Origin: Candidatus Latescibacterota bacterium
Lineage (GTDB): Bacteria; Latescibacterota; UBA2968; UBA8231
NCBI GenBank assembly: GCA_965197905.1
Contig: CBDAOB010000005.1
Span: 960,001 to 1,024,000 of the forward strand
Reading direction: 5' to 3'
DNA length: 64,000 nucleotides
How positions within the stretch are numbered: position 1 is the stretch's first letter; every line of letters begins with the position of its first letter. Below are positions 50,815 to 61,964 of this stretch, in pieces. The notes below the pieces were generated by a model. That model did no database searches. It was given only the letters and a program-made list of their open reading frames with translations, and was not told the origin of the DNA. A program made the translations under genes and the position numbers.

Positions 50815-51294
50815 TTGTCCGCGCAGTTCGCGGAATCGATCTCTCGGAATTTCCTCGGTATCAACGACGGGGGGGCTTACCCAACGCTCGAGGTTATAGC
50901 CTCAACACGAAATCGGCCTCCCCAATGGGATGCGAAGCAATTCGAGGAGTATTGGAGAGCTCAGACGCTTCGGGAAGTAGCGGGCGAGATAAAGGACAGT
51001 ACTACTGTGATCGAATTCAACGGAACTCCGGTTGGTCGGCTCCGCATCGTTCGCCCCGGTGGCGAAATCTTTATTGGCGGCATACAGATACTTCCCAATT
51101 ATCAGCGAGCGGGACTTGGCAGTCGCCTCGTTCGCTCTATGACTGAGGAAGCGCGAGGGCAAGCATTGCCGTTGACACTAGAAGTAGAAAAGGACAATCC
51201 AGACGCCAAGCGACTCTATGCCCGACTGGGCTTCAACGTAGTCGCAGATCTCGAATATCAAGAGCGCATGGAGCTACGTGTTACTGGTACATAG
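50815..51294 (+). CDS. GNAT family N-acetyltransferase (start uncertain)
   Basis: IQILPNYQRAGLGSRL, LEVEKDNPDAKRLYARLGF. Confidence 0.8.
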   Translation: MSAQFAESISRNFLGINDGGAYPTLEVIASTRNRPPQWDAKQFEEYWRAQTLREVAGEIKDSTTVIEFNGTPVGRLRIVRPGGEIFIGGIQILPNYQRAGLGSRLVRSMTEEARGQALPLTLEVEKDNPDAKRLYARLGFNVVADLEYQERMELRVTGT

Positions 51295-51698
51295 ATCCTT
51301 GCGATTGAATTGTAAATTGAGTGCTTCACGTCACTTAGATCCTTGGCCTTCGGTACCGCCTCGCGGTTCGCAGACCGGCGCAACGATCTGAGACATGGAA
51401 GCGAATAGCACCATGTCAAACCTGGACATAGGGTGATGCGGGACGAAGACGTTGAGCAGATTCGATCAATGCTTGCCCAGGGGCTAGACGCGAACGAGGC
51501 GTTCGTGTGCGCATTCTACGCAGCCTGGTTGGAGGGCACTCGGGTGAAATTTAAGCCCAATGAGGACCTTAGACAATTGGTCGAATCATCCATTAAATTG
51601 GACAACTAGTGGTTGTCCGAACAGGGGCCGTCTTTCCTGGTTGAAGCCCATTGTTCAGAGACATAACCTCACACCAACCTTGAAGGGAGATGATTAGA

Positions 51699-52127
51699 AT
51701 GGCACAGATTAAACACATTGCTATTGCGACCCAGGACGCTGACAAGACCGCCAAGTTTTATGTTGAGGTCCTTGGGCTGAAGCAAATTGCCAAGGTGGAT
51801 AGCCCCAATGCATCGGGCTATTACCTCAGCGATGGCAATATCAACATGGCTATCCTTAACTTTAAGAACGATCAGGTTGCTGGCCCCGAGTACGGTCAGA
51901 ACTACAGCGGCATCCACCATATCGGGTTCGAGGTGGAATGCATAGAGGAGGTAGCCAAGAAGTTGGAAGAGGCTCACTCCAGTCCCAGGGAGGAAATAAA
52001 CCAGGCCCTCGGTCTGGACAAGGATGGTCCCCGCCATGCCAACGTAGAGGTCAAATACGGCGGACCAGATGGAGTCATCATCGATGTTTCCGAGACCGGT
52101 TGGGTTGGCACCCGCGGGCTAGACTAG
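51699..52127 (+). CDS. VOC family protein
   Basis: IKHIAIATQD, FYVEVLGL, IHHIGFEV, GPDGVIIDVSE. Confidence 0.88.
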   Translation: MAQIKHIAIATQDADKTAKFYVEVLGLKQIAKVDSPNASGYYLSDGNINMAILNFKNDQVAGPEYGQNYSGIHHIGFEVECIEEVAKKLEEAHSSPREEINQALGLDKDGPRHANVEVKYGGPDGVIIDVSETGWVGTRGLD

Positions 52128-52262
52128 ACGGCCTACGTCATCTAACATTGAGTGACCGGCTCCATTTTAGTTTGCCTAACTGCTTCGTAGTTCGGTCACT
52201 CAAAACTCGTTATGTGCCATCGGTATGAACGACAATATCGACATCAAGCCGAGAGGGTGTCT

Positions 52263-52613
52263 ATGAAGGTTCGGAGCACATGGTTAATCCACTACGTGTA
52301 CGATATGGATCGCGCAAAGAATTTCTATATGAAGATTTTTCAGGTTAAACCTACAAAGGAGTCAGAGGGTTGGACGGAACTGGATCTCGGCTCCATGGTA
52401 TTGGCATTGCACAGCCTTCCTGCTGGAAACGCAGGTACCATGCCTCATGCGGGACTAAGTCTGAATGTAGATAACCTGGATGAGGTTCAAGCAGATGTAG
52501 AGCTACATGGGGGACGACTGATCGAAGTCCGCGAAAGGCACGGTCACGTACCAGAGCAGCGCTGCTTCGAAGATTCCGAGGGGAATGGCTTTGAGTGTAG
52601 CGATGGACGATAG
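52263..52613 (+). CDS. VOC family protein
   Basis: YVYDMDRAKNFY, LALH, FEDSEGNGFE. Confidence 0.82.
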   Translation: MKVRSTWLIHYVYDMDRAKNFYMKIFQVKPTKESEGWTELDLGSMVLALHSLPAGNAGTMPHAGLSLNVDNLDEVQADVELHGGRLIEVRERHGHVPEQRCFEDSEGNGFECSDGR

Positions 52614-52679
52614 AGACCTAGAGCGTCACTTGAGTGGTTCGTGAAGCGACGGAGTCTCAGAGTACCTTCAAGACGGCAG

Positions 52680-52830
52680 CACGGCGACTCAAGTGGTCCG
52701 ATCTCGATGAGGAGGGGTGGGTGTGTCGCATTCAACGCCAGCATTCACGTAAGCACGGAATGACGACCACGAAGACTGCAGCCAGTGAAGCGGCGATCCC
52801 TATTCCGTCCGTACTGATCGACTCCTTAAC
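52680..52830 (+). pseudogene. Tyrosine recombinase/integrase internal fragment
   Basis: LKWSDLD......IQRQ......TTKTAASEAAIPIPSVLIDSL resembles the region following integrase box I. Confidence 0.55.
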
Positions 52831-53343
52831 GGGCGCGACTTTCTGGAAACGGTTTGAGGGCACCGCGTCAGGTCGGTCGTGCAAGCGGATTTACGGCATG
52901 AACGCCAGCATGTTACGGATGTTTATGTGCGATACGATGCTGAAGCGTTACGACCCTACATCGAGGAGTTGGCCGATTTGGCCACAAACTCAGGGAATTG
53001 TGCCCGCTACTGGTTGATACTGGTGAACGGTTACCTCTGAAAAAGGGGTTACTATCCCGTGGCCGTACTGAAGAGATCGAAGAGATATTTCTGTTCGGGG
53101 GTCACTACTTAACTCTAATGAAAACAGTTATTTGAGAATTCCTCTTGAATGGTTTTCCCAAAAGCTCGATTGCGATTTGTGAAAAGGTATGAGAATATAG
53201 CTCAATGCGGCGGGTCGTGACAGTTGGTTGCCGACATCTTGTGCCGTGCCCAAAATGTCCCCCTCCCACTGGTAATTTCCCGTGTGTTTTTGACTACGGA
53301 GCGCGTTTAGCAGATACACTGCGTTCTCGAATACGGTGTCAAA

Positions 53344-54411
53344 ATGAGAGAAGTCCTTCTTCAATGGTTGGTATGTATCGAGTGTAACGGGGATCTTGCT
53401 TTGGAAATCATCAGGAGGGAAGGGAGTGAAATTCGAGAAGGGTTTCTTCACTGCACATGTGGTCAGAAATATGCGATTATCCGTGGCGTGCCACGGATGC
53501 TTACCAATGCTTTTGACCGAAAGCTCGAGGAAGTTTATCCAGGCTTCATTGCGAAAGATCGTGCGTTATCGTCGGAGGAGAATCCCAAAACCGTCAATGC
53601 TCACACAGCGGAGAAACTAGATACCATCGACCGATTTGGTTACGAGTGGACCTACTTCTCCGATTATGCATGTGACAACTTCGAGCCGTTTGTAAGCCAC
53701 CTGCCAAACGGGTTCTTCAACGGAACACTTGGGCTTGATGTGGGGTGCGGTGCTGGGAGGCATGTACACCTTGCGAGCGAAAAGGGAGTAGATTCGATAA
53801 TAGGCATTGATCTCTCGAACGCAGTTGATACAGCATATGACAACAATTCATCCAATGATCGCGTTCACATTGTTCAAACGGATGTCTTCAAGCTCCCATT
53901 TCGTGAGCGGACATTCGATTTCATTTATAGCCTCGGCGTACTCCACCATGTACCGAGCCCGAAGGCAGCCTACTTGTCACTCAGGAAGTATTTGAAGCCG
54001 GGTGGTGCGTTGTTTGTGTGGCTCTATGCTTATGGGTTGCGAAAAGTTGCACTCGAGTCGCTGCGATTTATCGCAAAATATTTCTCAAGCCGAAGCATTC
54101 GACGCATGGCGTTTCTCTGTAATCTGCTAGACTACGGAGTTTTCGTAACTCTTTACAGGTTTTTCCGCCAAATACCTTACATCGGACCAATTATTCAGCG
54201 GGTTGCCCCTTTACGTATCAAAGAATATGCCGAATACGGTTACCATGTGTCCTATACAGATTGGTATGACCGGCTCTCAGCTCCCATCACCAATTACTAC
54301 AAAGACCACGAGATGCGTAACTGGCTCGCGAGTAGCGCGCTTTGCAGTACGCGTCTCATCAAGGAGGGCGATTCTTGGTGGTGGTTATATGGTGAACGGG
54401 AGAACCGGTGA
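53344..54411 (+). CDS. Trm112-like Zn-ribbon + class I SAM methyltransferase
   Basis: LVCIECNGDL...LHCTCGQKYAIIRGVPRM; FGYEW; LDVGCGAGR; YSLGVLHH; LKPGG. Confidence 0.88.
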   Translation: MREVLLQWLVCIECNGDLALEIIRREGSEIREGFLHCTCGQKYAIIRGVPRMLTNAFDRKLEEVYPGFIAKDRALSSEENPKTVNAHTAEKLDTIDRFGYEWTYFSDYACDNFEPFVSHLPNGFFNGTLGLDVGCGAGRHVHLASEKGVDSIIGIDLSNAVDTAYDNNSSNDRVHIVQTDVFKLPFRERTFDFIYSLGVLHHVPSPKAAYLSLRKYLKPGGALFVWLYAYGLRKVALESLRFIAKYFSSRSIRRMAFLCNLLDYGVFVTLYRFFRQIPYIGPIIQRVAPLRIKEYAEYGYHVSYTDWYDRLSAPITNYYKDHEMRNWLASSALCSTRLIKEGDSWWWLYGERENR

Positions 54412-55550
54412 ACATTCTGATCGCCGGAACAGATTTCCCACCCAACTGGGGTGGGATCAGCACCTATACGACGCAATTGGCATCATCGCTTGCGAAGAAA
54501 TGCAGTGTGATAGTGTTGAGCCCTGGACCTGGCATACCGGAGTTTGACGATTCCCAACCTTATCGTATCGTGCGAACACCAGCCATCCCGTTCTTTCGGC
54601 TCTGCTGTTTTCTTCTCTTTGTCCCGTGGGCTATTCGAGAATTCAAGGTCAACGTTGTACTCCATACTGTGTGGACTACGTCCCTAGTCAGCCACTTATG
54701 GCATAAACTCATGCCTGTGCCGTATTTCGTCGCCATCCATGGCTCCGAAATTCTTGACGATCATCATTCCTGGCGGCGTCGGCTAAAGCGGTTGCTAGGA
54801 TCTTGGAGAAAGTTAGCGCTAAGAAAGGCGGGCGGAGTTTTTCCGGTGAGCCAGTACAGCGCGAAGTTGGCGGAGTGTGAGGGTGTAAACAAGGAACGTA
54901 TCAAGGTCATCCCAAACGGTGTGGATCCAGTTCGTTTTTTCCCTCGGTACGGGTCTAGTATACAAGATCACGTGGGAACACTGCTTACGGTTGCACGCTT
55001 AGATCTCCACAAGGGCCACGACCATGTCCTCCAAGCGTTGGCGATTCTGAAGCGGAATGGGTTGGAAGCACGCTATATCATCGCCGGTGAAGGAGATGAG
55101 AAAGAACGGCTCTGCAATATGACGACAGAGCTTGGTCTAGAAGAGCAAGTCACTTTCAAAGGTTTTGTTTCGGACCTCGAACTACCCTTGCTGTATCAAA
55201 AGGCAGACGTATTTATCATGGCAAGCAGAGAGGTTCCGGGGCGAGTCGACATGATCGAAGGGTTTGGCCTCTCGTACTTAGAGGCTAGTGCAAGTGGGTT
55301 ACCCGTCATCGGTGGGCGTTCAGGTGGAACGTCCGATGCGATTCGCGACGGAGTTACCGGGTTCCTGGTAGACCCAAATGATATCTTTGAAATCGAGCGA
55401 GCGATACGTCGCCTTCTGACAGATAAGGACCTTTGCAGTCGAATGGGTGAAGAAGGTCGGCGTTGGACAGAGGCAGAGATGAACTGGGATGAAGTTAGCG
55501 AAAAGATGCTCGCGCATATGAGTGCGTTTCATCAAGTTGCAAATTCTTGA
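54408..55550 (+). CDS. GT4 family glycosyltransferase
   Basis: DFPPNWGGI, VIPNGVD, LLTVARL..HKG, EGFGLSYLEASASGLPVIGG.SGG. Confidence 0.93.
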   Translation: MNILIAGTDFPPNWGGISTYTTQLASSLAKKCSVIVLSPGPGIPEFDDSQPYRIVRTPAIPFFRLCCFLLFVPWAIREFKVNVVLHTVWTTSLVSHLWHKLMPVPYFVAIHGSEILDDHHSWRRRLKRLLGSWRKLALRKAGGVFPVSQYSAKLAECEGVNKERIKVIPNGVDPVRFFPRYGSSIQDHVGTLLTVARLDLHKGHDHVLQALAILKRNGLEARYIIAGEGDEKERLCNMTTELGLEEQVTFKGFVSDLELPLLYQKADVFIMASREVPGRVDMIEGFGLSYLEASASGLPVIGGRSGGTSDAIRDGVTGFLVDPNDIFEIERAIRRLLTDKDLCSRMGEEGRRWTEAEMNWDEVSEKMLAHMSAFHQVANS

Positions 55551-55684
55551 TGTCACAATTCTAGGACCAATAGCGTGTAAATCTGATCTGCAAAGTTGTG
55601 TATGACGTTTCTGGATGAACAGCGTAAGTACTCCGGTTTACTCTATTGGCGAGAGCGGCTGATAAAGCGAATACCGTGGTAAAC

Positions 55685-58213
55685 CTAGAGCAGCCGGCCA
55701 TACTCGGTAAAGCCGACCAGCCCGCGCACAAAGAACGACCACCCATCAAATTCTCTTAAACGCTGAAGCGGATCGTCGAAGTCCGCCTCGTCTCGGTTGA
55801 AGCCGATGATCGTATGCAGATCGTAGCCAAAATAGCGCGAAGAGTTGGTAAGGCTAATAAAGGTGGAGCGCCGCTCAAAACTTTCGCGCTTCTGGGTCCT
55901 GTTTTTAAGCCGATAGGGCACCGGCCCCCAGCCTTGCACCCCGGCTTGCAGCATCGCCCGGCTCATTAAGGGATGCGCTACTTTGAGGATCGGAATCACC
56001 TGGTCCTCGAATCTCAGATCCCGGTCGGCCTCCCGGTCCCGCAACCGCAGGTATAAATATTTGAACTGCGGCACCACTCTCAACTTGCCCCAATGCCAGG
56101 TATAATCCACCCGGCTGACCACGCCCCAGAAGTCGAGCCGGCGCGCGCGCTGGAAGCGCTCGCTGGCCAGCCGGCCTCCCTGCTGCCAGTTGAGCCGCAG
56201 GCGCAACCGCTGCGACAGGTTCAACGTCGACCACGGCTGCAGCCGCCCCTCCAGGTAGGACTCGTTGACATAGCTGTTCTGGTAGAACAGCAGATCCGGG
56301 TGCGGCTTGATGTCCGCCGCAACGTCGGTCACAACCCCTGAACCCCTGCTCGTTGGAAGGTCTACGGTGACCAGGCGGATTCCCCGACTGAATTCATTGT
56401 ATTCATCGGGGATATCGTCGTGCACCCGGCGGAAGTGGTTCTCGAAAAGGAGCCGCCGCAACCACGCGATCCCCTCCTTGCGGTAGCTCAACAGGGCATA
56501 GAGCGAGCGGTTGCGCCCACAGCTGGCCAGGCCCTTGATGGCATAACGCCCCACCCCCAGAGACCAGTGACGGCTCAGATCCACCCGCCCGAAGAGATGG
56601 TAGCCGCGTTGGTCCGCATCGTACGGATAGTCCGGCTCCCAATCGTCCTCGCGCCGATCCGGCTCGTCGTTGTGGTTGCGGTCCAGGCCATAGACATATT
56701 CGTTGGGCTCCACCTCGTACATCAGAAAGATCTCTTCGTAGTCGGGGGTGCCGTTGAAATTGCGATCCGTATCCACCAGGCCGTCGTTGTCCTCGTCCTG
56801 ACCCGGGGAAACCCCATCCCCGTGTAAAAAGCGCCGTGTTTTCGCCCACCTGAAAGCGCACCCGCTTGAGATTCGACCCATCCGTCACACTCCCCGGGCC
56901 CGCCGCACCGGGCGGTAGAAGGTACTGCGAAACCAATTCTCGAATTTCGGGGTGCTCTGCTCGATCGAATACACCCCGGCCCATTCCACCCGGTAGTCAT
57001 TGCCCACAACCGCTTCCACCTCTACCGACTCGACATAGGGTTCCCGCCCCAGATCGAAGAGGTAGATCAGTTGCTCGTCCCCATCGGCGTGCAGGATCTT
57101 TGCCGGTGCCTCCAGCGCGAGATTCGCCAGTAGCCCCTCTAAATTGGTGTTGCCGCTCACGTCTTCGCCTGCTTCATATGCCAGGCGATAGAGATAGTCG
57201 GCAAAGGTCGGTATCTCTCGCCCCCGGTAATAGCTGGAAGGATCTTGGAACCCGGTGTAGTTGGTCCGAACAAATGCACCTGTCGAGAGCGTGTGCCCTA
57301 CCTGGGATAAGACGCCGGTCCGCTGCCGGATCACCTGCGCTTGCAGATCGGGGCGCACCCGGCCATTGAGGATCAGCTGCACCTCCTGGACCACGGCCCC
57401 ACCCCGGCCGTCGGTGGGCGCGTCATCCGAAATGCGCACGATGAGCCACTCGTACAGCGGCTGATCCCGCCGCAGTTGTCCTTTCATACTGTTGTTCGGC
57501 TCCGTGCTGTTGTAGCTGTGCAGGTTCACCCCGTTCAGCCCGAGGTGCAGCGCGCCCAGCTCGGCCTGAACGCGGCCGCCGGCAAGCAAGGTGGAATGGT
57601 CGACTTCGACCTCTGCGGCATTTTCGGAGCTAAAGGACGACTCTCTATTCGGCCGGGCAATGCGCGAGCCCACACCGGTGAACTTCACGTGGGGCAGAGA
57701 CACGTCCATGCGCAAACCGTTGAGGTCCGTCTTCGACAGGGTCAGCGGCGTGAGGCGGGCGATCAAGCCGTCGCCGACGATGGCGCCGTAGCCCCAGCCC
57801 CTGTAGCCGTCGCTCGCCACCACCACATTGTTGAACTCATCCGACCAACTCGGCCAGTCTTTGAAGAGCTCGCTGCCCCAGCGCTGTTCCGGCTGGCGGC
57901 GCTCGATCCAAGTGAACAGATCGTAGCCGGTCGCCAGGTAATCCCCCAGGGGGCCCCACAAGGCCTGCGGGCGCGAAATCTCGCTCATATCTAGCCGGGT
58001 TGCTCTCCCGGGCTGCCGCTGGCCCCAGGTGTGATCCGCGTAGTTGGTGTAGAGATCAAAGGCAAAATTCCTGTAGGATGGCCGCTCATAGCGCAGGAAA
58101 GGCCGTGGTCCCAGTACTTCGGGAGGCGCCAGGCGCGGCGCCTCCTCTGCACCCATGGTTGTCCATGCGAGCAGCACAACGCTGCAATAGCTATGAAACG
58201 ATCGGTGGTTCAA
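55685..58213 (-). pseudogene. Large secreted/outer-membrane hypothetical protein with acidic DxDxDG-like motifs, broken near 56820-56900
   Basis: Signal-peptide-like start; ORFs 56885-58213 and 55685-56881 linked by a third frame (GSVTDGSNLKRVRFQVGENTALFT); DEDNDGLVDTDRNFNGTPD; beta-strand-rich C-terminus. Confidence 0.65.
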
Positions 58214-58761
58214 AAATTCACCGCCAGATCTCCATCTGAAAGGTCAATTCAGACAGGCCCCGTCCGTCCTCAGCCCGTGGACTAACCAGCACGCGATGGC
58301 CACCGCGCCGCTGTGGGCTTTGGGTAGAAGGAAAAGGAGGGGAAGGAAAGCAGCAACCCAAAAAAACCCCTGCTGGCCACCCTGACCGTGGGAATGAGCG
58401 GATCGCGGAGAACGCCGGCGCACGGCGCGTCAGCGAGCATACCTTGAGAAAAACAGGTGCGACAGCTCTGTAGGTTGAGTTGGGCGCACCCCGTCAGATC
58501 GTGCAGCGCTACGGCATCGACGTCAGAGCGTGACGGATGCGTAGGTGAATCACGACTCAGAAGCCGTCCGAGAAGTTGGCGGCTATGGTCACGGACGGTT
58601 TGCCCTTAACTTGCCCACAAACTCACCCGATTCTGGCTGACACTGATGCATGACTACCTCTGAGAAGTGGTTACTATTCCGTACCATTCGGTCAATGGAG
58701 CGCCTTTGATTGGGGTCGACGAGGGCGCTATATTGACCAGGCGCCGTGCTGAATAGAAAGG

Positions 58762-60036
58762 TTGGCTGTGGAAAAGATTCCGATCTGCATAGTCGGATGT
58801 GGCGGCATGGGTCATCGTCACCTTCTCGCCTACAAGGCTCTCGAAGATAGCGGCATCGCCAACGTCGACCTCGTCGCGTTGTGCGACGTCCGCCCGGAGA
58901 GCACTGCCCTATGCGCTGGCGAAATGGAGCGTGTGTTCGGGCGTACGCCGATGGTGTTCAGCGATCTGGATGAGGTGCTGGCGCACCCCGATATTGCCGC
59001 AGTGGACGTTGTTACCGACGGCTCGACGCATCACGAGATTGCCGTGCCTGCCCTCAAGGCCGGCAAACACGCGTTGGTGGAAAAACCTCTCGGCATAACG
59101 ATGCGCGCTTGCCGCGCGATGATCGATGCTGCCCAGGCCGGTGGCGCGGTCCTCGCCACCGCAGAAAACTATCGTCGCGATCCGCCCAACCGGCTTGCCC
59201 GGGCCATTATCGACTCGGGACTCTTGGGAACGATCCATACGATGCTCCAGATCTCGGTTGGTGGCGACGACGGGATCGCTATCACGCCCTGGCGGCACCT
59301 AAAAAACAAGGGAGCGATCGGCCTGGATATGGGTGTCCACTTCGCCGACATCATCCGCTATTACACCGGGGAGTACGAGCAGATATTCGGCACTGGTTTC
59401 ATCGTTGAACCGGTGCGCCGGCGCCCCGAGGGTTATGACGACCACCCGCTGGTTTCGTATCGTGAGCGGGCAAAAACCTATCCCGACCAGGTAGAAGCAA
59501 CCGGGGAAGACTCCGTAGTCGCCCTCTACCGCATGTCATCCGGTGTTTTCGCACAGCTTACAATGACAGCGGGTAGAGGAGGAAGAACCTGGGAACGCAG
59601 CGTCCATGGTCAGCTTGGATCTCTCTACTCGGAAGGGGATCGGAGTGGCAGGCCGATCAGGTTACAGTTGAAGGAGCGGGAGTTGGTGGGGCGGGAGATC
59701 CTGGAGTTGGTGCCCGACTTTGAATTGAACGAGATTACGGAACGGCTGTTCGGAAAGCGAGCAGTCGACTACGACATGCCCGCGCACGAAGACCATCCCG
59801 GATATGCCATCGACGCTCGACATCTTGCCATCGAATACCACGACTTCGGCGAAGCCATTTTGAACGGCCGGCCACCGGAAGTGGATGGACTTGGCGGCAT
59901 GAAAGCAGTGGCCGCCCTGGTGGGGGCGTATGAGTCGGCTGAGTTGGGTCGCGCCGTCTCCATGGAGGAGATGTTGTCCGGGTCGGTGGATAGCTACCAG
60001 CGCGAGATCGACGTAGCTCTTGGTCTGGTGCAATGA
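58762..60036 (+). CDS. Gfo/Idh/MocA family oxidoreductase
   Basis: IVGCGGMG, AGKHALVEKPL, AENYRR, LDMGVHFAD. Confidence 0.92.
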   Translation: MAVEKIPICIVGCGGMGHRHLLAYKALEDSGIANVDLVALCDVRPESTALCAGEMERVFGRTPMVFSDLDEVLAHPDIAAVDVVTDGSTHHEIAVPALKAGKHALVEKPLGITMRACRAMIDAAQAGGAVLATAENYRRDPPNRLARAIIDSGLLGTIHTMLQISVGGDDGIAITPWRHLKNKGAIGLDMGVHFADIIRYYTGEYEQIFGTGFIVEPVRRRPEGYDDHPLVSYRERAKTYPDQVEATGEDSVVALYRMSSGVFAQLTMTAGRGGRTWERSVHGQLGSLYSEGDRSGRPIRLQLKERELVGREILELVPDFELNEITERLFGKRAVDYDMPAHEDHPGYAIDARHLAIEYHDFGEAILNGRPPEVDGLGGMKAVAALVGAYESAELGRAVSMEEMLSGSVDSYQREIDVALGLVQ

Positions 60037-60077
60037 AAAAATAGCGAGAAATTATTGCTTAAAGGAAGGAGCCATCC

Positions 60078-60734
60078 ATGAAGGGTTTCACCGTATACGA
60101 TTGTAAAACGGATATCCGGAACATCCTGGTCACGCCCCAGATCCGTGCGCGGTTCTGTTATATGGAGCCCGGATCCGGTTCCCACGTCGGCGGTCACACC
60201 CACGATCTCGGCCACGAAATCTTCATCATTCTGTCCGGTCGAGTGGAGTTCAAGATCAATGGCGAGGCGCATGAGCTGGGGCCGGGTCAAATGTGTTACG
60301 CCCTGGTAGACGAACCACATACGGTACGAGCTTTGGGAGACGAACCGGTATATTTCTACTTGTCGGTTACGCCGCACATCCAGCCCACCCACACCATGTA
60401 CACGGAAGACGGCGAACGAGCTCGCCCTCATTTTCGGCCTTCCAGCGACTACAACAGCGAAACAGATGCTTCACTTCCGGTAGCGGATCATATCGATCGG
60501 TACCTCGGCACAATGAAAGAAACAGCCACGGTGGCCGAAAACTGCTCCACTCTGCAGCGGGAGCTCTCCGCTGCGCTAAAGAAAGCGGTCGCCGAGGATG
60601 ACGAAAAAGCCGCCACGGAAATTCGCGAGCAGATGTGGGAGCCGTTGCTCTCGACATTCAAGCTGATGACCGACCTCGCAGGCGAATGGAACGCGCTCTG
60701 CCCCCGAGTGGGACACGTAACCAAACATTATTAA
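60078..60734 (+). CDS. Cupin domain protein
   Basis: HTHDLGHEIFIILSGRVEF...LGPGQ....DEPH; AGGAG RBS. Confidence 0.88.
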   Translation: MKGFTVYDCKTDIRNILVTPQIRARFCYMEPGSGSHVGGHTHDLGHEIFIILSGRVEFKINGEAHELGPGQMCYALVDEPHTVRALGDEPVYFYLSVTPHIQPTHTMYTEDGERARPHFRPSSDYNSETDASLPVADHIDRYLGTMKETATVAENCSTLQRELSAALKKAVAEDDEKAATEIREQMWEPLLSTFKLMTDLAGEWNALCPRVGHVTKHY

Positions 60735-60778
60735 AGACTTGTGATTGACCCCATCACCCAACCCAGGAAGAGACCATC

Positions 60779-61897
60779 ATGAAACCTGTACGTATCGGAG
60801 TAGTCGGTTGTGGCGCCATCGCCCAGGTGCAGCATCTACCCAACCTGCTGGAGCTGGATGAGGAGTTCGAGGTGGTAGGTGTCTGCGATGTTTCCGCCGG
60901 GACGGCTGAGTACGTCGCGAAGCGGTTCAAGGTGTCCAATCACGTCACCCAGATCCCCGACCTGTTGAGCATGGACATCGACGCCGTCCTTCTGTGCCAC
61001 ACCGATCCCAAGTCCGATGCGGCGGTCGACGCCTTCGAGGCGGGTAAGCATGTCCTGGTCGAGAAACCGATCGCGGCGTCGCTGCAGGAAACCGACCGTA
61101 TGATCGAAGCCCAGCAAAGAGCGGGGAAGGTGGGGCAGGCGGCCTACATGAAGATCTACGATCCCGGCTTCGTCATGGCCAAGCAGGAAATCGACGAGAT
61201 GTCAGGGTACGAATTCGTGCAGATAAACCACCTCCATCCCAACAACTACCTGCACCTGGATCAATTTCGTGTGCGTCACTTCGACGACGTGCCGCCTGAG
61301 GCGCGGGTCGAAAAACGCAAAGCGTATGAAGAAAATCTGCGCGAGGCGTTCGGCGACTTGACGGAGCAGGTCTCCCCATGGTGTGGAATTACCTATGGGC
61401 TGATTCACGACCTCTACAGCCTGCGCACGATGCTGGGCGTGCCCACCGCCGTTCTCAGCGTGGAGATTTGGCAGAACGATCGGGCGATCACCTCGGTGTT
61501 CGAATACGCCAACGGGGCCCGCTGCGTCATTACCAGGGTTGATCTGAACACACTGTGGGATTTCAAAGAAACGCTCGAAGTGTACGGGGATGACAAGCGG
61601 GTATTGCTCGCGTATCCCACGGGATTTTCGCGCCGCGTCATGGCCAAGCTCGAAGTACAGGGGATCGACGGTGCAGGGGTCAGCTATACGAAGGAACCGA
61701 AGATTCCCTGGGACAGCGCCTTCTCTGCCGAGCTAAAGCATTTCCACCAATGCATCACCGAGGGCATCGAGTGCCGATCGGATCTTTCAAAGGCCCGCCA
61801 CGATGTTGAGTTGATCATCGATATCACCAAGGTGTACGCCACCGGACAGGCGATTCGCGATCGAGTTGGTGCCAACGTAGCGGCTGCCGCCGGTTGA
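60779..61897 (+). CDS. Gfo/Idh/MocA family oxidoreductase
   Basis: IGVVGCGAIA, AGKHVLVEKP, YMKIYDP, IHDL. Confidence 0.92.
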   Translation: MKPVRIGVVGCGAIAQVQHLPNLLELDEEFEVVGVCDVSAGTAEYVAKRFKVSNHVTQIPDLLSMDIDAVLLCHTDPKSDAAVDAFEAGKHVLVEKPIAASLQETDRMIEAQQRAGKVGQAAYMKIYDPGFVMAKQEIDEMSGYEFVQINHLHPNNYLHLDQFRVRHFDDVPPEARVEKRKAYEENLREAFGDLTEQVSPWCGITYGLIHDLYSLRTMLGVPTAVLSVEIWQNDRAITSVFEYANGARCVITRVDLNTLWDFKETLEVYGDDKRVLLAYPTGFSRRVMAKLEVQGIDGAGVSYTKEPKIPWDSAFSAELKHFHQCITEGIECRSDLSKARHDVELIIDITKVYATGQAIRDRVGANVAAAAG

Positions 61898-61964
61898 GGC
61901 GCTCCGAGACGAGCGATAACGGCGGCGAATGCCAGCTAGTGTTGGCGTGGCCGCCGGAAGCTTA

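Larger units (their letters stand above)
49789..53230. repeat. Diverged direct repeat pair (49789-49958 and 53073-53230): PhyH 5' end plus upstream region
   Basis: GAGATCGAAGAG.TATTTCTGTTCGGG.GTCACTACTTAACTCT..TGAAAACAGTTATTTGA.AATTC ... GACAGTTGGTTG in both copies. Confidence 0.85.

Noticed and set aside
58214..58761. Long intergenic region as an ncRNA or hidden gene
   Set aside because: Purine-rich tract and weak hairpins only; nothing I can support.
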